64,000 bases of DNA from Klebsormidium nitens (taxonomy: Eukaryota > Plantae > Klebsormidiophyceae). Of this stretch, positions 57,920 to 64,000 are shown piece after piece. The stretch covers positions 49,956 through 113,955 of the forward strand of contig DF237226.1 in the NCBI GenBank assembly GCA_000708835.1, written 5' to 3'. The notes beneath the pieces are model-generated. The model had not been told where the DNA came from. It worked only from the letters and a program-made list of their open reading frames with translations, and made no database searches. A program made the translations under genes and the position numbers. The first letter of the stretch is position 1, and every line of letters starts with the position of its first letter.

Positions 57920-60900
57920 GTGAGCTTTCAATGCATAGGTTTCTGAAAGGATACAATCAGCATTAGCGGGTTCTGATTTTCACATTGTTGCCGAGTGTTT
58001 TTGCAACCTGCTCTGGACAGAGTGGCTCCTTGGAGTGGCAAGCCGTAACTTGCATATTCGCTATTGGCATTTGCAACGCGATTAAGCACAAGCCACGTAG
58101 CTTGCGCGCTACGTGCTTCTTTGCCAGTCTTGACCCAAAGTCTGGGGCATCGCGCTTGGTTGGCTTTCCACATCCAACAGCAGCGGCGCTTGATAACGAG
58201 GCAATTAACCAAGCGTGAAAAAACAAAACGGTTAACGGAATGCCTCCCTAGCCCGTTCCTCTGGAGGCATGTCAGTGTGCGTCCATTTTTCAAACAATCA
58301 TTGAGCCGTCCGACTCAAATGATGGCATGCGATTTCCCGTGTCGCTTTAGCGAATCAAATTCCGCGCCAAGTCCATCTGCACCGTTCACGTATACACCTT
58401 TTCGGATCTATCCTTGTGCAAACTTCATGTATACATATAGTGAGCTGGGGCTCCGAGCGTGAGACGCAGCGAGGTCCAGCTGAATCCATAGGAGAACAAC
58501 AAGGCTGTCTACTATAGGCTAAGATACGGTATTCACTACACACTTTGCTAATCATGTACTAACGTGCGCATGCTTAGCTCGCCGGTTGATCAATCCGTAC
58601 TCATTGACATATAGCAAATTTGTTTACGAACCTAAGGCGTTTTCTAAATTGGTAATACGAGATATAGCGCTTGAAACAACTAAAGACACGGAGCCTAGAG
58701 GCACGGAACTGCTTACGCTCGCGCATATTATCATGCGGGAGGCTGGTGCGCGGGCGCCGCGCGTGCTAGCCTAGAGTATCCGAGGACCAAAAGTCAGATT
58801 CGTATTTTGATGGCAATGTGTTCACGAGATTGATGCCACGCTTTAGGTTACATACGTAGTGATGCCGGCCAGTACAGCAATGGTCGGATGTTTGGCACAG
58901 GGTTGCCTGGCGACTTAATATGTACTTGATCTGGCACTAGGTCAAAGGTCCTCTTTAATGGCAAGAACAACTTCATCTACACTGGATAATACGCCACCAT
59001 GACCTGACAATGAACTTCACGACAGTGGAAATTTCCGCAGATTAAGGCGGTTATTTCTTCCCGCGCGCATACTAAGCGCCTTAACTTCGATGGGCAGCTC
59101 CGGGTGTAGGGCGGTGACAGAATAGCTAACAGTCTACACAGTCCTAGCCGTTAACGACCAGTCAATAGCTCGAAAAATTACCCTTTTGAACCCGACACTT
59201 CCGCCATCACATACCCACAGATGCAAGATGCTCTGAGGACAATTACAGGCGCTGTAGACAGGCGGCTCGACTCAGAGCCGACACGAGCAGAGTATGCTTC
59301 AACGCCTGCATTAGACAAAAGATAAATCTATCGAGCGCTGAGAAACTGTCGAGGAATGCACAGCGCCTTTTAATTGATAAGGCCAGCGTGCAGTCCGGCC
59401 ACCCGGCTTTGAATCCGGCCCCGTCTGCCGAAGCCAAGAACCGTCTCTTCAGAATGAATAGAACAGGTTCCGACTGAACCACCTACTTTCTCTGCTTCCT
59501 CTACTTTCTCTGCTTCCAAACCTGATTCAAAACCTCGGAAAGAAGAGCGGAAGCTGACAAAAACATGGCGGGTACGTAGATCAAACGTGAGGCTAAAAGA
59601 ATATAGTAAAAAGCCAGAAATGGTGAGTGTTTTTCAGCGAGGAAGGAACACCTAGTTCTGAGAAATGAAAAGGTTGATTGACAGACTCTCGAAAAGACAA
59701 GAGGAGCTCCGAGTCCCTACCACGTCGATGTCCCTCCTTTTGGCCTTCTGTGCGCGCACTTCACGCCCACTTCGTAAATGCGCCGTCCGGCACATGGGCG
59801 TGCTGAAAGCCGCACTCTGTGCGCCGTACGTTCTGCGGGACAGCGGAGTGGCGAAGTGAGTGGAACTGCGGGTTTCGGTGGTGTTCCCGCGAGTTCGAAA
59901 GAGAGACCAACCCCTGTGCTGATGCGAACTTCCCGCTGCTCCAAGGTGCTAGACCTCAGACCAAGCCGTTACTTGAGTGCAAAAAGCGCATCTTCATTTG
60001 AGCACGGGAGAAGGCAAACTTCAAAGGGTTTTGGCGGCTGTCAAGCTAGTCAAAGTACACCCGTTTGTATTCTGGAAAGATTGGGGCAGCAGGGCTCACC
60101 TACTAACGGTGAGCGTGCGCGTGCCACGCACGCGATTGCCGGCGAGCTGCTGCCTGGGCGCGCGTCGTGCGGAACGCCGCCACTGCGGACGACAGCATGA
60201 CGTCAGAAACGTTACCTACGGGCGCGGGGATGCATCGATTCTCGACGAGAATCGGCTATTCTATGTGCGTCAGAACAAGAATGCGCGAGTCCGCCGATGT
60301 CAGTCTGCTGAGTTCTTTTTCATAGAGAAACGAAGGATAGAGCCAATACAGAAAGCGGCAGCGAATGATTATCGGAAACCTTCACAACGGAGCTACGGGT
60401 TGGAATCGCAGTGGAAGCAGATCGCTATGGACAGGATAGACTGGATAAGAAAACACCGCAAGAAGCCAACGAGCATGACAAAGTTCGATGTCTTTCCCGT
60501 GCTACCTGAAGCCAAAAGACGACAATGTCTTTGTAACATGGACGTTTCTGTATACACAAAAGCTGCGACTTATGCACCTTTTCTTCAAAAGTTCAACCAT
60601 TCCATGAGGGCAAAGCGACGCGGAACATGACCCTTGGCCCTTCGATTCCTAGTTGACTGGACAAACCACACATGGTCGAAAGCAAGGTAAGTTTGACTCC
60701 TCTGAAACTGCAGCTCTACTGTTGTACACGTGTTTGACAAAAGAAGAGACCCGTTCTGCTTCGTCGAGGTTGCTTCCAACCCCGAGGGTTTGATCCCGAT
60801 AAGATTGCAGCTGTTAGCCGGCTTTTGATGGGCCGCCCTTACAGAAGCGTTCAGGAAGGCAAAGTCCGGGACTTCGAAGATGTTGTTACTCTATTTCAGA

Positions 60901-61062
60901 CCCTTCTTAAAATGAAGGAGAGGAAAAAGTTGGAAGTCTGAATGGGCAGCATGGACGAGCTCCACAGCCCTCAGCTAAAGGAACGCTTCTCTCCGCCCAA
61001 AAATCAAGAATGCTCGTGGCTTTTTCACAACCTGTCCCTCCTCACCTTTGTCCGCGAATCTT

Positions 61063-63623
61063 TCACTTTCTATCCCCTGCGGGCAACCCCACCACTGCCG
61101 ATCGGGTACCTGCACTTGCCCTGCCCCTGCCGTCCTCTTCTTCCAGCCTCCCACCGCCCCTCACTCCACGTTCCTGAATTTCCGACTGCTCAACTGCGAA
61201 ACCCCTAAAGTCCAAACCAACCGTGCCGCTCCCTTCCCCGTGAGCCCCTCTTGCGGCACTCTCTTCCACAGAGGGTCCCCCTGCCAGGTTCCGCAAAATC
61301 TCCGCCGCAGCCGCCCTCACTTCCTCCAGCTCCCCCGCTTTTGAGAGGCTGTCTAGCTTTTGCACGGCGCCCGCCTCCGCAGCAATCGCCCGCCGCCCCA
61401 CGACCCCCGCCGAAAGATTTCGCAGGGCCTTAACCGCCTCTTTTGCCAGGTCCGTGGACCCAGACTCCAGAGCGCCGAGCAACCCGCGTACGCACCCCGA
61501 CACTTGAGCGATGGCTTTTGCACTGTCTGCATCCAGGGCTAGGTTCCCAAGCGCCCCGGCCCCCGCTTCGCGCATCTCGTCATGGCCGCCACGGTCAGAA
61601 GCCCCGCCAGCTTCTCAAAGATCCCCGGGAGACGTGCGACCGACTCGCGAAGCTCGCCGTCCTCTGCTAGGCCGTGGAATACCCATGCGGCGTGCTCCCG
61701 TACGGTGGCAGCTTCGCTACTCAGCAGCTCGTGCAAGACCCCGAGACAAGGTGGCGAGACGGAGACTATACTTCTTCTGCCTTCGGGATCTGAAGCCAGT
61801 TGCCCCAGGAGTGCAACTGCCGGCTCTACAAGATCCTGATAAGCGTCGTCTAACAAGCTTGCCAAGCACTCAACCGCCCCATCGACCCCCGCCACCGCTT
61901 TGCGAGTCCCGGCATCGCATGCGAGATTGTAGAGCGCCCACGCAGCAGCCCTTTGAACGTCAACCTCTTCACAATCTGTCGCCTCATCTTGCAGCAGGTC
62001 GAAAAGGGTCTGAAGGCACTCTGGCACCTCGGCTATGGCCTTGGCGAGCCCGTCATCTATCGCGAGGTTTCGTAAAGCCTGCGCTGCGTTAAGTTGCGCA
62101 TCCAAGTCCTCGCTACCTAGCAGCTCCACCAGTTTCTCAAGGCACCCTGGCACAGCTGCAATGGCCCGCAAATCGTTGCCGCCATCCGTCACCGAACTCT
62201 CTGCTAAATCCACTAGCACCCTCACCGCTTCTCGTTGCACTCTTACACTGTTGTCATCCAAAGCATCGACGAGCCCTTCAAAAAGCCCGGGGACGTTTGC
62301 CAATCTCAGCCGTTCAAGCAGAGTTTCCAGGGACTCCGTTGCCAACGCTTCTTGCCTCCCATCTTCAGATGTTGCCGCCAAGCTTGCGAGAACTTCAAAA
62401 GATACATCTGCTATCTCAGAGACATAAACAGACGCGGTCTGTCTTAATGCGAAAGCAACCAAATTCTGTACACACCCAGGAAGGCTCGCCAACAGCCCCT
62501 GGTTCACTCCCTCACAGTACAGAACCGCCTGCAGAACCCTCGCAAGCTTTCCACAGGATTCCTCATCTCCGGACTCCCCAATTTGAATCATTGACGAGAC
62601 CAGCCTCTCTAGATGTTCAGGCACCCTGCCCAAAGTCTGGTACACCGCAGGCTCCGAAGACAGCTTCTCAAGAAGAAGAGCAGTGACCGTACTGTCGGAA
62701 AAAGGTTGTTCGGGCTCGAGGAGGTCAACAAGCAATTGAAGGCTGCCAGGCATGTTGACAAAAGCCTTTCGGTTTGCAACATCCCTTTCAAAGAGGTGAT
62801 CCAGCTTATAAAGAGCACACTCCTTCAGCCTTGCACACTTGCTCCTTACAATCCTCAGCAGCATCTCCAGGCTTTCAGGAACTTGAGCTCTCTCAGGGTT
62901 TTCCAGATCCAGACCCGCGATGCCAGCGCCCCAGAAGAATACTTTCTTAATAGAGCTTGGCATTGCAGCCTTTAATTCACTGTCAGCACGATGTAGCTCC
63001 AAGCTTTGGAGTGATGGAAACGACTGGATAAACTGCTCAAACCCGGTGCTGGGGACTGCGAATCCGTATAGATATAAGACGTGCAGCGATGGAAATGACT
63101 GCAGGGGCTTCGCAAATGTCAGCGTTTTTGAAGGGGTCCTGACCCAACTATCCCACAGATTGATGTCCAGGATCGTGAGATGGACGCAAGCCTGGAGAAG
63201 CCTGAATACAATGTCCCAGTCAACGTAGAGCTCTTCATAGTGCTCGCTCTCGTCTTCCAGAAACAAGTGCACCTCCTTGAGAGTCCCCAGTGCTTGAGGG
63301 ATGAGCAATAGAAGAAAGGTCAGGAAAGATTCATCTGCTTTCAGATATAGGGCAACCCGCTCCAGGTGCCGCAAATCTGCTAAGCTTGGGAGAACGTAGC
63401 TCAGGAAGACAGCTTGACTTTCTGGAGCCAAAGTAAAGTCCCACTCAAAACTTCTTGAAGTGCGCACCAGATGTTGAAACCTCTTGCAGACGAGCTCCAA
63501 CCTGACTCGCTCCTGGGCCTTGTTTGCATCCCAATCAAGAGGACACCACAGCCTTCGGTCCAGGATTTTTGTAACCAAGTCGTCCGACAACCGCTCAAAG
63601 AGGTTCTCACTAGCTGGCGCCAT
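61063..63623 (-). CDS. F-box + LRR-like + armadillo-repeat protein, interrupted by an apparent 1-nt frameshift near 61595
   Basis: F-box-like LFERLSDDLVTKIL...RLELVCKRFQHLV, then an LRR-like stretch, then many ARM repeats (QLNAAQALRNLA, QRAAAWALYNLA, REHAAWVFHGLA). The ARM pattern continues in another frame (REAGAGALGNLA, KEAVKALRNLS) in ORF 61063-61575. No intron was found in the main ORF. Start taken at ATG 63623 (alternative ATG 63641). Confidence 0.85.
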
Positions 63624-64000
63624 GCTGCTGAGGACTCTCATGAACCTTAGTACCGATATTGCTGCATCCCAGGTGGTGAAGAAAGAAGGCGCCACCTGAT
63701 TTGTGTTTGTAGGTGGGTTTTTCCCACCGTTTGTCTGCCCTAGAGGCGTACGCTAGTCTGCGAGTTCCAGCTGATGAGCCGCACGTGCAAGACGGTATTT
63801 TCCAAAAAAAAAAAGAAGAAAGAAGGCGCAGGGGCCAGGGCAACCAAAGCACCCCCCAGAAGAACAAATTCGGATTTTTCCTGGCTGTCCGTCCAATAAA
63901 CGGCACGCCGTCTTCACTGCTTACCGTCTATTTTTACCCGCTCCAGGATGAACTCCTGCCTGACGCTTCGAGAAGCTGACGGTTCCCCAGCGGGTAGATC

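Noticed and set aside
1-64000. rRNA, tRNA, snRNA or autonomous transposon genes
   Set aside because: I found no recognisable conserved motifs for these RNAs, nor RT, integrase, transposase or Rep/helicase motifs in any ORF.

Overview
Eukaryotic, intron-rich genomic DNA with GC-rich exons, AT-richer GT-AG introns and scattered TTTTAGGG/TTTAGGG-like motifs. Gene content and style suggest a streptophyte green alga such as Klebsormidium (inference). I reconstructed four genes by hand, all on the minus strand. (1) A giant secreted or cell-surface protein: 22 phase-consistent exons, 30385 down to 57, at least 5,814 aa, continuing off the left edge. Its order is signal peptide, 3 IPT/TIG domains, about 6 cadherin-like beta-sandwiches, filamin-type Ig repeats interrupted by six copies of an unrecognised Cys-pair repeat, about 30 filamin-type repeats in total, then the start of a PKD/REJ-like region. 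(2) A 13-exon ABCB28-like half ABC transporter. (3) An F-box/LRR gene. (4) An F-box-LRR-ARM gene with a 1-nt frameshift. The two most unusual signals are: (a) repeated 'splice-junction echoes', degenerate tandem copies of an exon end plus its splice site in the adjacent intron, at six or more junctions in two unrelated genes, including a five-copy array with telomere-like spacers; and (b) a ~1.3-kb element present twice as a direct repeat around the F-box/LRR gene, each copy carrying a TATA-like box, four hairpins with an invariant CTGCGGT loop and covarying stems, and a 92-nt palindrome-rich block that is 91/92 identical although its flanks are clearly diverged. No rRNA, tRNA, CRISPR array or recognisable transposase was seen.
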